Source of the DNA: Candidatus Shapirobacteria bacterium
GTDB lineage: Bacteria; Patescibacteriota; Microgenomatia; UBA12405
Direction: 5' to 3'
NCBI GenBank assembly: GCA_028704635.1
Contig: JAQWFB010000006.1
Span: 1-62,664, forward strand
Length of the DNA stretch: 62,664 bases
The notes beneath the pieces were generated by a model that did no database searches, was not told where the DNA came from, and saw only the letters and a program-made list of their open reading frames with translations. Position 1 is the stretch's first letter, and every line of letters begins with the position of its first letter. The position numbers were made by a program, and so were the translations under genes. Of this stretch, positions 1 to 10,127 are shown one piece after another.

Positions 1-853
1 TATAAGTTTTTTTAGGTAATTCAATTTTTGCCGACAGCAACATTGCTTGCCAAATTACTGTGTGAAACCATAAAATTTCTTTTCCTAATAAATGTATATC
101 AGCTGGCCAAAAATCTTTCTTACCCTCTACAAATTGAGTGGCGCTGTAGTAATTAATTAATGCATCGAACCAAACATAAATAGTTTGTTTTGAGTCCCAA
201 GGAGTAGGGGTTCCCCACTCTACATTTTCTCTCGAAATTGACACATCCCTTACACCAGCCTTAAGTTTTGCCAATATTTCGGCTCTTTTTCCATCAGGGA
301 AAATATAATTAGTTTTTTTGTATTCAATTATTTTAATAATTTCCGGTATATATTTACTCAATTTAAAAAACCAATTTTCTTCACTTTTAAAAACAGTTTT
401 TTCTGGTGGATGAAGTCCACAATGACCATCCACTAAATCAGTTTCGGTTAAAAATTTTTCGCAGCCAACACAATACAACCCTTCATATTTATCTTTATAA
501 ACATCACCCTGGTCATAAATTTTTTGCAACATCTCCCCTACTACCTTTTCATGTTTCGGATCTGTTGTTCTAATAAAAAAATCAAAACTGATATTTAATT
601 TTTCCCAAGCTTCTTTAAAGCGGGGAGAAATCTTATCACAATACTCTTGATTTTTTAAACCCTCCTTTTGAGCCGATTCGGCCACTTTTTGGCCATGTTC
701 ATCTGTCCCAGTCAAAAAGAAAACATCCTCACCTTTAGAACGGTGTAGTCTGGCCACAATATCAGCAGCCACCGTAGTGCAAGTGTGTCCGATATGAGGA
801 ATATCATTGATGTAATAAATTGGTGTTGTTATAAAAAATTTTTTAGAATTCAT
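1..853 (-). CDS. metG: Methionyl-tRNA synthetase, N-terminal part (gene runs off the left edge of the window)
   Basis: Manual reverse-strand translation from ATG at 853: MNSKKFFITTPIYYINDIPHIGHTCTTVAADIVARLHRSKGEDVFFLTGTDEHGQKV... It has the HIGH motif, TGTDEHG, and a CVGCEKF..HC zinc knuckle typical of MetRS. It is absent from the ORF track because it is truncated. Confidence 0.85.
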   Translation of the reverse strand, partial: MNSKKFFITTPIYYINDIPHIGHTCTTVAADIVARLHRSKGEDVFFLTGTDEHGQKVAESAQKEGLKNQEYCDKISPRFKEAWEKLNISFDFFIRTTDPKHEKVVGEMLQKIYDQGDVYKDKYEGLYCVGCEKFLTETDLVDGHCGLHPPEKTVFKSEENWFFKLSKYIPEIIKIIEYKKTNYIFPDGKRAEILAKLKAGVRDVSISRENVEWGTPTPWDSKQTIYVWFDALINYYSATQFVEGKKDFWPADIHLLGKEILWFHTVIWQAMLLSAKIELPKKTY

Positions 854-942
854 AATTTTAATATTAAAAAAACAAAAAAGAGTATCTTTCGATACCCTTT
901 ATTCTGCCACATTATTTGGATAAATCCAAACTTCTGCGGCCA

Positions 943-1275
943 TTACATTTTTTTATTGGTTTTTTTAGTTGTCTTTTTAACTACCTTTTTGGTCACTTTT
1001 TTAACAGTACCTTTTTTAGCAACAACCTTTTTAACACCTTCACCCCCAACCTTTTTAGAATAATTCGATTTAAGTCTATCACTCTTATTTTTATGAAAGA
1101 TGTTTTTTTTAACCGCTTTATCCAAAATAGAATAAACCCCCTTCAAACCTTCATTTGTGGGTTCAGCTAAAAACTTTTTAACAATAGTTTTTAAGCGATT
1201 TTTAAAAGAAACATTATCCTTGTGATTTTTTAAGGACTTTCTTAATGATTTTTTTGCAGATAAACTGATTGGCAT
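943..1275 (-). CDS. rpsT: 30S ribosomal protein S20 with Lys-rich C-terminal extension
   Basis: MPISLSAKKSLRKSLKNHKDNVSFKNRLKT matches the S20 N-terminal signature. ATG at 1275 is preferred over the upstream TTG at 1281. The tail is KKVVAKKGTVKKVTKKVVKKTTKKTNKK. Confidence 0.8.
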   Translation of the reverse strand: MPISLSAKKSLRKSLKNHKDNVSFKNRLKTIVKKFLAEPTNEGLKGVYSILDKAVKKNIFHKNKSDRLKSNYSKKVGGEGVKKVVAKKGTVKKVTKKVVKKTTKKTNKKM

Positions 1276-1351
1276 GAGCAATATTTTATCTCACCAATTC
1301 AGTTTTTACAACCATATATAATCTAATCAATAATCAGATATAATTCAAATC

Positions 1352-2965
1352 ATGACCGTTAGAGAAAGAATAAGGCTTATAAGTCAAAAAAAACAAAATA
1401 CCATCCTTTCGGCCTCTTTGGTTTTAGCTGTAGCCTTTGGTGTTTCTTCTATTTTAGGTCTTTTAAGAAATCGTTTCCTCTATGCTGAATTTTTTTCCTG
1501 TTGTGTAGCTGATCTTGATGTTTACAATGCTGCCTTCCGTATTCCAGATTTGATTTTTAAACTTTTAGTTACTGGAGTATTGTCTGCTTCTTTTATTCCA
1601 GTTTTTTCGAGTTATTTACACAAAAACAAAAAAACTGCTGACGAGATTGCTTCGACTGTTATAAATCTTCTTTTAATTACCTTTACTATTATTTCTATCA
1701 TCGCTTTTATTTTTATAAAACCAATTTCAGGCCTAATTGCTGCTGGTTTTTCCCCAGACCAAATATCTTTAATGGCCAATCTTAGCCGGATTTTGCTTAT
1801 TGCTCAAATCTTCTTTCTTGTCAGTAACTTTCTTTCAGCCATTTTGCAAGTCAACCAAATTTTTATTGTTCCTGCTATTACTCCTATTGTTTACAATATT
1901 TTTATTATTATTAGTATTTTTACTTTAGCCCCAATATTTGGCATTTATGGTGTAGCTATTGGTGCTGTTGTCGGTGCTTTTTTTCATCTTGCCATCCAAA
2001 TACCTGTAGTTCATCGTCAGGGTTTTGTCTACTATCCAATAATTAAAACCAAATTAAGTGGAGTCAGAGAAATTTTTCGGCTTATGATACCAAGGATTTT
2101 TTCATTAGGGTTGGGTGAAATCGAAAGCACCATCACTCTATTTTTTGCCAGTACTTTAGCTTCTGGATCAATTTCTCTTTTTAATTTAGCCCTCCAATTT
2201 ATGTATTTACCTAGTCGTATTTTTGGCACCACAGTTGGTCAGGCCTCTCTCCCTCTTCTTTCTAAAAATATAGCTCGAAATGAATTAAGCATATTTAGAA
2301 ACACTGTCAGTAAAATTATAAATCAAAGCTTGTTTATTGCCCTTCCCGTCAGTGCTTTGATTTTAGTGGAAAGAGTTTCAATTGTTAGAATTTTATACGG
2401 ATCCCAAGAATTTCCTTGGTCAGCTACTATTTTAACCTCTAGAATTTTAGCTTTTTTAATTCCTGGAATTGTCTGTCAAGCTATAATCCAAATTTTAGTC
2501 AGATCATTTTATGCCCTTCATAACACTAAAATTCCTTTCATTGTTTCAGCCGTCTCACTAATCATAAATATTGCTACCAGTTTTTATTTCGTTAATTTTA
2601 CCCATTTTGGCGTTATTGGTTTAGCTATCAGTGCCTCTATCGGCAATTTAGTTCAACTTTTTGGACTATTAATTATGTTTATTAAAATTGTTGATGGTTT
2701 TAATTGGTCTAATACATTTAGTAAATTTTATAAAATGTTAATCTCTTCGGTTTTAATGGGAGTTGTTAGTTGGTTGTCAATAAAATTTTTAGATCTTTTC
2801 ATTCTCGATACTACTCATTTTATCCCAGTCTTAACTTTAATGGTAATTTCCTCAGTTATTGGCTTAATTACGTATGTTTTTGCTGTTAATTTCTTGAAAA
2901 TAGATGAAGTTAAAGACTATCAAAAATATTATTTAAAATTTAAGGATTTTATTTTCCACAAATAG
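1352..2965 (+). CDS. murJ: Lipid II flippase MurJ (MviN family)
   Basis: 537-aa polytopic membrane protein. The N-terminal LGLLRNRFLYAEFF...DVYNAAFRIPDLIFKLLVTGVLSASFIPVF matches the MurJ/MviN signature. Confidence 0.9.
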   Translation: MTVRERIRLISQKKQNTILSASLVLAVAFGVSSILGLLRNRFLYAEFFSCCVADLDVYNAAFRIPDLIFKLLVTGVLSASFIPVFSSYLHKNKKTADEIASTVINLLLITFTIISIIAFIFIKPISGLIAAGFSPDQISLMANLSRILLIAQIFFLVSNFLSAILQVNQIFIVPAITPIVYNIFIIISIFTLAPIFGIYGVAIGAVVGAFFHLAIQIPVVHRQGFVYYPIIKTKLSGVREIFRLMIPRIFSLGLGEIESTITLFFASTLASGSISLFNLALQFMYLPSRIFGTTVGQASLPLLSKNIARNELSIFRNTVSKIINQSLFIALPVSALILVERVSIVRILYGSQEFPWSATILTSRILAFLIPGIVCQAIIQILVRSFYALHNTKIPFIVSAVSLIINIATSFYFVNFTHFGVIGLAISASIGNLVQLFGLLIMFIKIVDGFNWSNTFSKFYKMLISSVLMGVVSWLSIKFLDLFILDTTHFIPVLTLMVISSVIGLITYVFAVNFLKIDEVKDYQKYYLKFKDFIFHK

Positions 2966-2982
2966 TCATATATACTGAATAT

Positions 2983-3561
2983 ATGGCTATTAAAAAAGAA
3001 CTGTCTCTTCTACCTGAATCAGAAAATCCAAGGTCTTTTAGAGTCCGTTTTTTTAAATGGATCACTACTACTGGTAGAGTCACGATTATTTTAACCGAGC
3101 TAATTGTTATTTCAGTATTCTTTTCTCGTTTTTGGTTAGATCGTAAAAATTCAGATTTATCAGAAATCGCCCGCCAGAAGCAGGCAATTTTAGAAAGTGC
3201 CATTCCTTTTGAAGTTGAATTTACTGGACTACAAAAAAGGCTTTCTTTTATTAAAAATTTTTACTCAAATCAACCAGAATATAATAAACAAATTAATTCT
3301 TTGGTTTCTAGTACTCCAACTGACATTTTTTATAATAGAATTTCTATTTCCACGGATGAAAAAACTAAAATTACTACCATCAATACATCTTTAATTGGTT
3401 ATAAAGAAGAAAGCATTGTTTCCTTTATAACCAATCTCACCTTAAATCCCGATATTAGTAAAGTAAACATCACTAAAATTGAGAAAAAAGAAAAAGAAAA
3501 TCAATACCTAATCTCCATTGTTTTACAATTTAATGCGAATAAAACTAAAACTGAAATATGA
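2983..3561 (+). CDS. PilN-like type IV pilus assembly protein (bitopic membrane protein)
   Basis: 192 aa with a short N-terminus carrying an LSLLP motif (PilN INLLP-like), one TM segment, then an alpha/beta region. An ATGA overlap couples it to the next gene. Confidence 0.45.
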   Translation: MAIKKELSLLPESENPRSFRVRFFKWITTTGRVTIILTELIVISVFFSRFWLDRKNSDLSEIARQKQAILESAIPFEVEFTGLQKRLSFIKNFYSNQPEYNKQINSLVSSTPTDIFYNRISISTDEKTKITTINTSLIGYKEESIVSFITNLTLNPDISKVNITKIEKKEKENQYLISIVLQFNANKTKTEI

Positions 3562-4190
3562 TCTACGATAAAAACTGGTTCCAGCTCCAACCCATGTACA
3601 ACTTTATTCGGAAGCAGGCTGAAAATGAAAAATTTTTAAAATATTTGGAAATTGGGAGCACTTTTACCTTAGTTGCCATTTTTCTCTTTTTTGCCATCAT
3701 GCCTACAATGACTACAATTTTTTCTCTTTTAGGTGAAATAAAATCAAAAGAAAGTTTTATTAAAAAAGTTGATAGTAAAATTACAAATATTATTAAAGCT
3801 CAAAAAGAATATTCTCAAGTTCAGGAAAAATATTCATTAATTGAAGAAAGTTTTCCTTCACAACCGCAATACTATAATGGTGCTTCTAACTTAGCTACTC
3901 TCTTCAGAGATTCATCTTTAGGCATAAATCAAATAAATTTTAATTTAAATACTGAAACTATCCAAAAAGAAAATAATAGCCAATTTTTTAAATCTTACCA
4001 AATCAACTTAACTGGTGAGGGACAGTATTCTGCCATTATGGAGATGCTTAAACAAATGTTAAATAATCGTCGCTTAATCAATACATCGAATATTCTAATC
4101 AGTCAAACAAAAACTGACGAAAATGAAACAGGATCAAATATGGTTAATATTAATTTTTTCAACGATTTATATTTTTTACCTGATAATTAA
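3558..4190 (+). CDS. PilO-like type IV pilus assembly protein
   Basis: 210 aa with one TM, a coiled-coil stretch, then INLTGEGQYSAIMEMLKQMLNNRRLINTSNILIS. That stretch resembles the PilO core (G.Y..l..fl..l..l.R). Confidence 0.5.
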   Translation: MIYDKNWFQLQPMYNFIRKQAENEKFLKYLEIGSTFTLVAIFLFFAIMPTMTTIFSLLGEIKSKESFIKKVDSKITNIIKAQKEYSQVQEKYSLIEESFPSQPQYYNGASNLATLFRDSSLGINQINFNLNTETIQKENNSQFFKSYQINLTGEGQYSAIMEMLKQMLNNRRLINTSNILISQTKTDENETGSNMVNINFFNDLYFLPDN

Positions 4191-4567
4191 TGAAAAAATC
4201 TAAAATATCTCTCTACTTTGTTTTTATCTCCTTTTTGACTCTTTTGACTATTTTTTTTTCAATAGTTCAAAAAAGTTATTTCAGTTTTATTACACCCCAA
4301 AAATTAGTGGAAAACGATGCTATTCTAAATAGCTTCAATCCAAATTTAGATTTAACTGTTATTTCCACAATTGAATCTAAAAACAAAAACATTGACGAAT
4401 CGTTTGATTTTTCAATCATTAAATCAAATCAAACTTTAAATAAAGCCATTTCAACACCAACAGCAACAATCACGCCTCGAGTTACCGAAAATCCAACCCC
4501 AAATAAAACCGCGACTGGCACTGTAACATCAGTCAAAAACAGTTCTACACCAACTTCCACACAATAA
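4190..4567 (+). CDS. Membrane-anchored hypothetical protein with Thr/Pro-rich C-terminus
   Basis: 125 aa with an N-terminal TM and a C-terminal STPTATITPRVTENPTPNKTATGT low-complexity region. TAATG coupling on both sides. Confidence 0.5.
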   Translation: MKKSKISLYFVFISFLTLLTIFFSIVQKSYFSFITPQKLVENDAILNSFNPNLDLTVISTIESKNKNIDESFDFSIIKSNQTLNKAISTPTATITPRVTENPTPNKTATGTVTSVKNSSTPTSTQ

Positions 4568-5868
4568 TGTTAAAAGAAAAGAAAATTCCAACAATTTTAG
4601 GTCTAATAATTCTAATTAGTGGAGTTTTTGTTGGTATTTTTATGACTAACAAAAAAACTGGTTTTATTTCCAAAGCCAGTAATAGTTGTAAACCAAAAAA
4701 TTCTCAAATAACCAATATCACCAGCAATGCTGCTTCTATTTCTTTCATTACTGAATCTACATGTTTATCATCATTATCTATCAATAATCAAACAATTGAG
4801 AATGAAGCTGTGGTCAGTGTTGATCAAAAAAGTAAAATTCATTATTTTGATATTAATAATTTAAATGTTGATACTGAATACAATTTTTCTTTTATTATCG
4901 ATGGCACAATTTATAAAGAATCGTCATATAAATTTAAAACAGCTATAAATCCCAGCGGCCCAATTCCTTCCTCAAATTTAGCTTGGGGTCGAGTTTTTAC
5001 TCCTGAGATTAAAGCAGCTAAGAAAGTAATAATTTTTGTTAACATTCCCGGAGCTTCACCTTTATCGGCCTTAGCGACCTCATTAGGTAATTGGAATATT
5101 TCTTTAGCTAATAGCTTTAATGAATCAAAAACAGGTAGGTTTATTCCAACACTGAACACCTCAGAGGAAATTATTGTTATTGATCAAGAGAATCAAACTA
5201 CTCAAATTACCGGCAATACTTCAAATAACGATCCAACTCCGGATATTATTTTAGGCCAAAATCAATTTTCATCATCCACTGTCACTTATGACACTAAAAC
5301 AGATATTGGTTCGTTGTCATCAATCACTCCAGTTTCAGACTCAAAAGAATTAGATATTTTAAACCCAAAAGAAAATGAATCTATCTCTACTCAAAAACCA
5401 GACTTTTTTGGAACTGGACCTGTTAATTCCACTGTTAAAATCGAAATTCATTCACCAACAGTTTACAACGGGGAGGTTATTGTAAACAGCGATGGTTCTT
5501 GGAATTGGTCCCCTCCGTCTGATTTAGAACCAGGGGAACATACCATTATTGCTAAAGTTGTAATTAATGGAATAGAAAAAGTAGTATCTAAAACCTTCAC
5601 TGTTCTTGCTACCGACGGCAATCTTTCCTATTCGGCTTCACCGTCAGCAACAACTTCCATTCCTACCCCAACATTAACCCCAACAAAAACTAGCACTCCT
5701 ACTGAAACTCCAATTATTTTAACACCAACATTAACCAGTACTCCCGCTGAAGCCCCAATTACTTCTGTTAGCACCAGCTCTAGTATGCCTAAAACTGGTA
5801 ATACTACCCCTACAATCTTATTACTTTTAATAGCTTCCTCATTTATTGTCTTTTCCTTTTTCTTTTAA
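4567..5868 (+). CDS. Cell-surface protein with FN3-like and Ig-like domains, Thr/Pro stalk and LPXTG-like (MPKTG) C-terminal sorting signal
   Basis: 433 aa with an N-terminal signal anchor and an Ig-like segment (TVKIEIHSPTVYNGEVIVNSDGSWNWSPPSDLEPGEHTIIAKV). The T/P-rich linker is followed by SSSMPKTG and a hydrophobic tail with no basic end. Confidence 0.55.
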   Translation: MLKEKKIPTILGLIILISGVFVGIFMTNKKTGFISKASNSCKPKNSQITNITSNAASISFITESTCLSSLSINNQTIENEAVVSVDQKSKIHYFDINNLNVDTEYNFSFIIDGTIYKESSYKFKTAINPSGPIPSSNLAWGRVFTPEIKAAKKVIIFVNIPGASPLSALATSLGNWNISLANSFNESKTGRFIPTLNTSEEIIVIDQENQTTQITGNTSNNDPTPDIILGQNQFSSSTVTYDTKTDIGSLSSITPVSDSKELDILNPKENESISTQKPDFFGTGPVNSTVKIEIHSPTVYNGEVIVNSDGSWNWSPPSDLEPGEHTIIAKVVINGIEKVVSKTFTVLATDGNLSYSASPSATTSIPTPTLTPTKTSTPTETPIILTPTLTSTPAEAPITSVSTSSSMPKTGNTTPTILLLLIASSFIVFSFFF

Positions 5869-5898
5869 GAAAAATAATGATGGTATCATATTATACTA

Positions 5899-6828
5899 AT
5901 GCTAGGAATAAAAAAAATAAATTCTATTTTTGAAGAACTTCGTCCTACTCAATGGATAAAAAATTTGGCTATTTTTTCAGCTATAATTTTAAACGGGCAA
6001 CTTTTTAATCCTCAGCTTTTTATTCCCAATTTTTTTGCCTTTATAGCCTTTTGTTTTTTATCATCTTCTTCTTATGTTATTAACGATCTTATTGATGTTA
6101 AAAAAGATCGTTTACATCCAGTCAAAAAAAATCGTCCAATTGCTCATGGTGATATTTCAGAATCATTCGGTATTTTTATGGCATTTATTCTCCTTTTTTC
6201 TGGATTAGGAATAACGATTTTTATTAGTTATAGTTTTTTCATTTTTTCTCTCATCTTTATTTTGCTTCAATATTCCTATTCTTTATTTCTAAAAAAGAAA
6301 GCCATTGTCGATATTATGGGAATAGCTTTATTTTTTATAATCCGTGCTTTTGCTGGTGAAATTGTTACCGGCTACCATCTTCCAATTTGGATTATGTTAA
6401 CCGTTATCTTTTTATCCTTATTTATTGCTAGTGGAAAACGTCGCAGTGAATTAATTAACAGTGGTATTAAAACTCGCTCAGCTCTTGCTAGTTACAGTAA
6501 AACTCTTTTAAATTTTTATACCACCATGTTTGCTGTCTGTACTCTAGTTTGTTATGCTCTATTCACTTTTTTTGAAGAATCAGTCAGTTTTTCTGGTTCA
6601 GGATTTTTACACCAATTTCTTTTAGAATTTTTCCCCAATGCTTTAAATCGAAAATGGTACATGATCACTCTTTTACCAGTAATTTTTGGGATTATGCGTT
6701 ATGGCCAAATAATTTTTGAAATGCAAGAAGGTGAGAGACCCGAAAGAGTAATTGCCACAGACATACCCATTTTACTTTCAGTTCTAACTTGGGGGCTGAT
6801 GATAATTGGTATCATCTATGCAATCTAA
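5899..6828 (+). CDS. UbiA-family polyprenyl-phosphate phosphoribosyl/prenyl transferase (DPPR-synthase-like)
   Basis: 309 aa with about 8-9 TM segments. NDLIDVKKDRLHPVKKNRPIAHGDIS is the UbiA first Asp-rich motif in the form seen in decaprenyl-phosphate phosphoribosyltransferase-like members. Confidence 0.75.
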   Translation: MLGIKKINSIFEELRPTQWIKNLAIFSAIILNGQLFNPQLFIPNFFAFIAFCFLSSSSYVINDLIDVKKDRLHPVKKNRPIAHGDISESFGIFMAFILLFSGLGITIFISYSFFIFSLIFILLQYSYSLFLKKKAIVDIMGIALFFIIRAFAGEIVTGYHLPIWIMLTVIFLSLFIASGKRRSELINSGIKTRSALASYSKTLLNFYTTMFAVCTLVCYALFTFFEESVSFSGSGFLHQFLLEFFPNALNRKWYMITLLPVIFGIMRYGQIIFEMQEGERPERVIATDIPILLSVLTWGLMIIGIIYAI

Positions 6829-8344
6829 CAAAATCAAAAGAATTTTAATTTCATTTTTTTTAATTTTCCTTGTCATTTTTACTCGCTTCTATTCCCTCGA
6901 TTGGGGTAACGGTTACTTTTTTAATCCGGACGAAAACAATATGGCCATTGCTGTTTCCAAGATGACCCTGTCTGATCTTAATCCACATTTTTTTGCCTAC
7001 GGACAATTTCCCCTTTTTCTAGCTTTCTTTACTGCTCCAAATCATGATTTTTCTACTATCATTTTAGTTCTGCGTTTTTGGTCAGCCATGTTTTCTTCCT
7101 TATCAATTTTGTTTTTTTATCTGATTGCCAAAAACATTTTTAAATCTAAAAAAATAAGTTATATTTTTGCATTACTCTTAATTTTTACTCCAGGCCTAAT
7201 CCAATCAGCTCATTTTGGCACCACCGAATCTCTTCTTATTTTTGTTTTTTCCGCCAATTTTTTTTTGTCTTTAAAATATTATCAAACCGAAAAAAAACCA
7301 TATTTTCTATTTTCTATTTTTATTAGTGCTATTGGTCTTGGGTCTAAAATAACTGCCATTTTTTTTATTATGCCATTTTATCTTTGTCTTTTGTTGATTT
7401 TTTTAAAAAACAAAAAAATTGCAAATTTTATTTTTTCCACTTTTATTTTTACCCTTCTACTTTCATTTTTATCACTTCTTTTTTCTCCCTTTAACATCAT
7501 CAAATTCTCCGATTTCAAATCAACTATGAATTATGAAACATCCGTAGCTGTTGGCACAAGTAAAGTTTTTTATACTCGTCAATTTGAGAATTCCACCCCT
7601 TATATTTTTCAATTTCAAAAAATTTTTCCATATGCCAATGGCGTTTTTATTTTCTTTTTTTCTTTTATTGGTTTTATAATTTTTCTAAAAAATAAAATTA
7701 AAAAAGAATTTCTCTTAATTCTAATTCCGTCAATAATTTATTTTATTTACGCCGGCCAACTTTTTGTTAAATGGTCTCGTTTTATGTCGCCACTTTTTTT
7801 TATAGGCCCATTTTTATGTCTTTTTGTTTTTAAAAAAATCCAAAATATTTTTTTGATTATTTTCTTAACTATGGTTTTAATAACTCCCGGAGTTTATTTT
7901 TTTCAAAAATATTTTTCACCGGACACTCGAATTATTGCCACAAATTGGAGTAATTCAAATATTCCTAATAATTCTTTCATTCTATCCGAAGGCGGAAATG
8001 TTGTTGATATACCTTTATTTTCAAATGATTTAGACATAAAAGTTGAAAATTTTGATTTTTATCAATTGGATTCTGACCTAACCCTTTCAGAAAAATTATC
8101 TCAAAATTTAAAATCAGCTGATTATATTTTTGTTCCATCACGTAGAATTTTTAAAAATCAAAATAATGACAATTTCCCATTATCTCAAAAATATTATCAA
8201 AATTTATTTTCATACAATTCAGGTTTTAAAGAAGTTATTATAATTAATAATCAAAAAGATCTATTTTTAAATTCCGAAAACGCCGAAGAAACTTGGTCTG
8301 TTTTTGATAATCCAACCATTAGAATATATAAAAGAAATATTTAA
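6818..8344 (+). CDS. GT-C fold membrane glycosyltransferase (PMT_2 / ArnT / GT39-like), paralog 1
   Basis: About 508-aa polytopic membrane protein. The first loop reads GNGYFFNPDENNMA (acidic DE loop of GT-C enzymes), and an LNPHFFAYGQFP motif is shared with the next gene. ATG at 6818 is preferred over TTG at 6806. Confidence 0.7.
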   Translation: MQSNKIKRILISFFLIFLVIFTRFYSLDWGNGYFFNPDENNMAIAVSKMTLSDLNPHFFAYGQFPLFLAFFTAPNHDFSTIILVLRFWSAMFSSLSILFFYLIAKNIFKSKKISYIFALLLIFTPGLIQSAHFGTTESLLIFVFSANFFLSLKYYQTEKKPYFLFSIFISAIGLGSKITAIFFIMPFYLCLLLIFLKNKKIANFIFSTFIFTLLLSFLSLLFSPFNIIKFSDFKSTMNYETSVAVGTSKVFYTRQFENSTPYIFQFQKIFPYANGVFIFFFSFIGFIIFLKNKIKKEFLLILIPSIIYFIYAGQLFVKWSRFMSPLFFIGPFLCLFVFKKIQNIFLIIFLTMVLITPGVYFFQKYFSPDTRIIATNWSNSNIPNNSFILSEGGNVVDIPLFSNDLDIKVENFDFYQLDSDLTLSEKLSQNLKSADYIFVPSRRIFKNQNNDNFPLSQKYYQNLFSYNSGFKEVIIINNQKDLFLNSENAEETWSVFDNPTIRIYKRNI

Positions 8345-8345
8345 A

Positions 8346-10124
8346 ATGAAATATAAAAATAAAATTTTAATTCTAATTATTTTTATCATTGCTTTTTCTC
8401 TTAGAATTTATGGATTCAATTGGGACCAAGGCAATCATCTTCACCCAGATGAACGAATGATTGCTATGGTAGCTGAGAAAATTACTTTTCCAACTATCGA
8501 TCCCAAACTAACTCTAAGTGAAAAATTTGGAGTTTTATTCGATCCAAAGTCTTCTCTCAATCCACATTTTTTTGCCTACGGGTCTTTCCCGATTTATTTT
8601 TTAAAAGCAGTCTGCTATCTACTTTCATTTATAGAGCCGACATTAATCAATTATGACAAAATGAATTTAGTTGGTCGTTTTCTTTCAGCCATTTTTGATT
8701 CATTAACAGTAATATTTATTTATAAAATTACCTTAATAACTTTCAAATCAAATAAAAAAGCCATATTTGCGGCCTTATTTTATTCATTGTCGATACTTCC
8801 AATACAACTTTCTCATTTTTATGCAGTTGATGTTCTTCTAAATTTTTTTATTTTTTTTACTCTATATCAAACCATCTGTCTTTATCAAAAATTTAATTTT
8901 AAAAATGCTTTTTTTGTCGGTCTTGGTTTTGGTCTTTCATTGGCCACCAAAATAAGCGCCACTGTTTTGGTTTTTTCTTTGGGTATTGGTTTAATTATCA
9001 GTGTTTTTCTTTCTCTTAAAAAAGAAATTTTTGGAGAGGAGATTAGTTTTCTAAAGAAAATTAAAAAATATCTAAGAAAAATTTTTAGTCTTAAATTTTG
9101 GAGTCTTAAAAAACAACATCAGTTCAAAGATATAATTCTTTATTTTTTATTAATAATGTTTGTAGTCGAAATAGTTTTTATAATCTGCGAACCATTTGCC
9201 ATCTTTAATTTTAGTGAATTCTGGAGGCAGTTAAACGAACAAGAAACCATGACTAAAAGTGCTTTTGTTTTCCCTTACACTCTTCAATATGTCAACACAA
9301 TTCCATATATATATCAGCTTAAAAATATATTTCTATGGGGCCTGGGTCCGGTTTTTGGGATTCTTTCTTTATTAGGAGGAGTCTATACTTTCTCAAAATT
9401 AATTAAGGGTTTATTTACTCCAGGCAATGAAAAATCCGAAGGATCTCAACTAATTCTTTTTTCATTTTTTATTATTTATTTTTTAATTGTTGGTAAATTT
9501 GCTATCAAGTTCAATCGTTATTGTTTACCCCTCTATCCGATTTTTGCCATTTTTGCCGCTAACTTTATTTTTTCTTTTAAAAAGAAAAAATTAATCATTA
9601 TTTTTTCATCGCTTCATCTTTTCTGGTTATTTGCTTTTATGAATATTTACAATGTCCCTAATACCCGTGTTTCAGCCACTGAATGGATTAATCAAAACAT
9701 TTCCCCAGGGAACACTATTCTCAGAGAACATTGGGATGATGGTTTACCGCTCGGTTATCACGATGATATTAATCTTATTGATTTGCCTTTATATGACCCT
9801 GATAACGATCCTCAAAAATGGCCTTTAATTCAAAATTACCTAAAACAAAGTGATTATTTAATTATAGCCAGCAATCGTCTCTATACACCTCTTCAAAAAC
9901 TCATCAATTGTGAAAATTTACCTGAAGATAAATGTTACGCTACCACCGCCAATTATTATAAAGATTTATTTTCAGGGAAATTGAGTTACATTAAAGTAGC
10001 TGAGTTTTCTAATTACCCAAATATTTCTGGTTTTAATATCAATGATCAGTCCGCTGATGAATCATTTACTGTTTATGATCACCCCAAAGTGATAATATTT
10101 AAAAATACTCATTCAAATAATTAA
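8346..10124 (+). CDS. GT-C fold membrane glycosyltransferase (PMT_2 / ArnT / GT39-like), paralog 2
   Basis: 592 aa from ATG at 8346 (MKYKNKILIL). It has a first loop GNHLHPDERMIA and an LNPHFFAYGSFP motif, followed by a large C-terminal extracytoplasmic domain. Confidence 0.7.
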   Translation: MKYKNKILILIIFIIAFSLRIYGFNWDQGNHLHPDERMIAMVAEKITFPTIDPKLTLSEKFGVLFDPKSSLNPHFFAYGSFPIYFLKAVCYLLSFIEPTLINYDKMNLVGRFLSAIFDSLTVIFIYKITLITFKSNKKAIFAALFYSLSILPIQLSHFYAVDVLLNFFIFFTLYQTICLYQKFNFKNAFFVGLGFGLSLATKISATVLVFSLGIGLIISVFLSLKKEIFGEEISFLKKIKKYLRKIFSLKFWSLKKQHQFKDIILYFLLIMFVVEIVFIICEPFAIFNFSEFWRQLNEQETMTKSAFVFPYTLQYVNTIPYIYQLKNIFLWGLGPVFGILSLLGGVYTFSKLIKGLFTPGNEKSEGSQLILFSFFIIYFLIVGKFAIKFNRYCLPLYPIFAIFAANFIFSFKKKKLIIIFSSLHLFWLFAFMNIYNVPNTRVSATEWINQNISPGNTILREHWDDGLPLGYHDDINLIDLPLYDPDNDPQKWPLIQNYLKQSDYLIIASNRLYTPLQKLINCENLPEDKCYATTANYYKDLFSGKLSYIKVAEFSNYPNISGFNINDQSADESFTVYDHPKVIIFKNTHSNN

Positions 10125-10127
10125 AAG

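Noticed and set aside
785-1170. Two plus-strand ORFs (785-1063 and 916-1170) from the ORF track
   Set aside because: They lie antisense to the metG 5' end and to rpsT. Their translations are low-complexity (F/L/T-rich mirror images of the Lys-rich S20 tail). The opposite-strand genes have clear family signatures.
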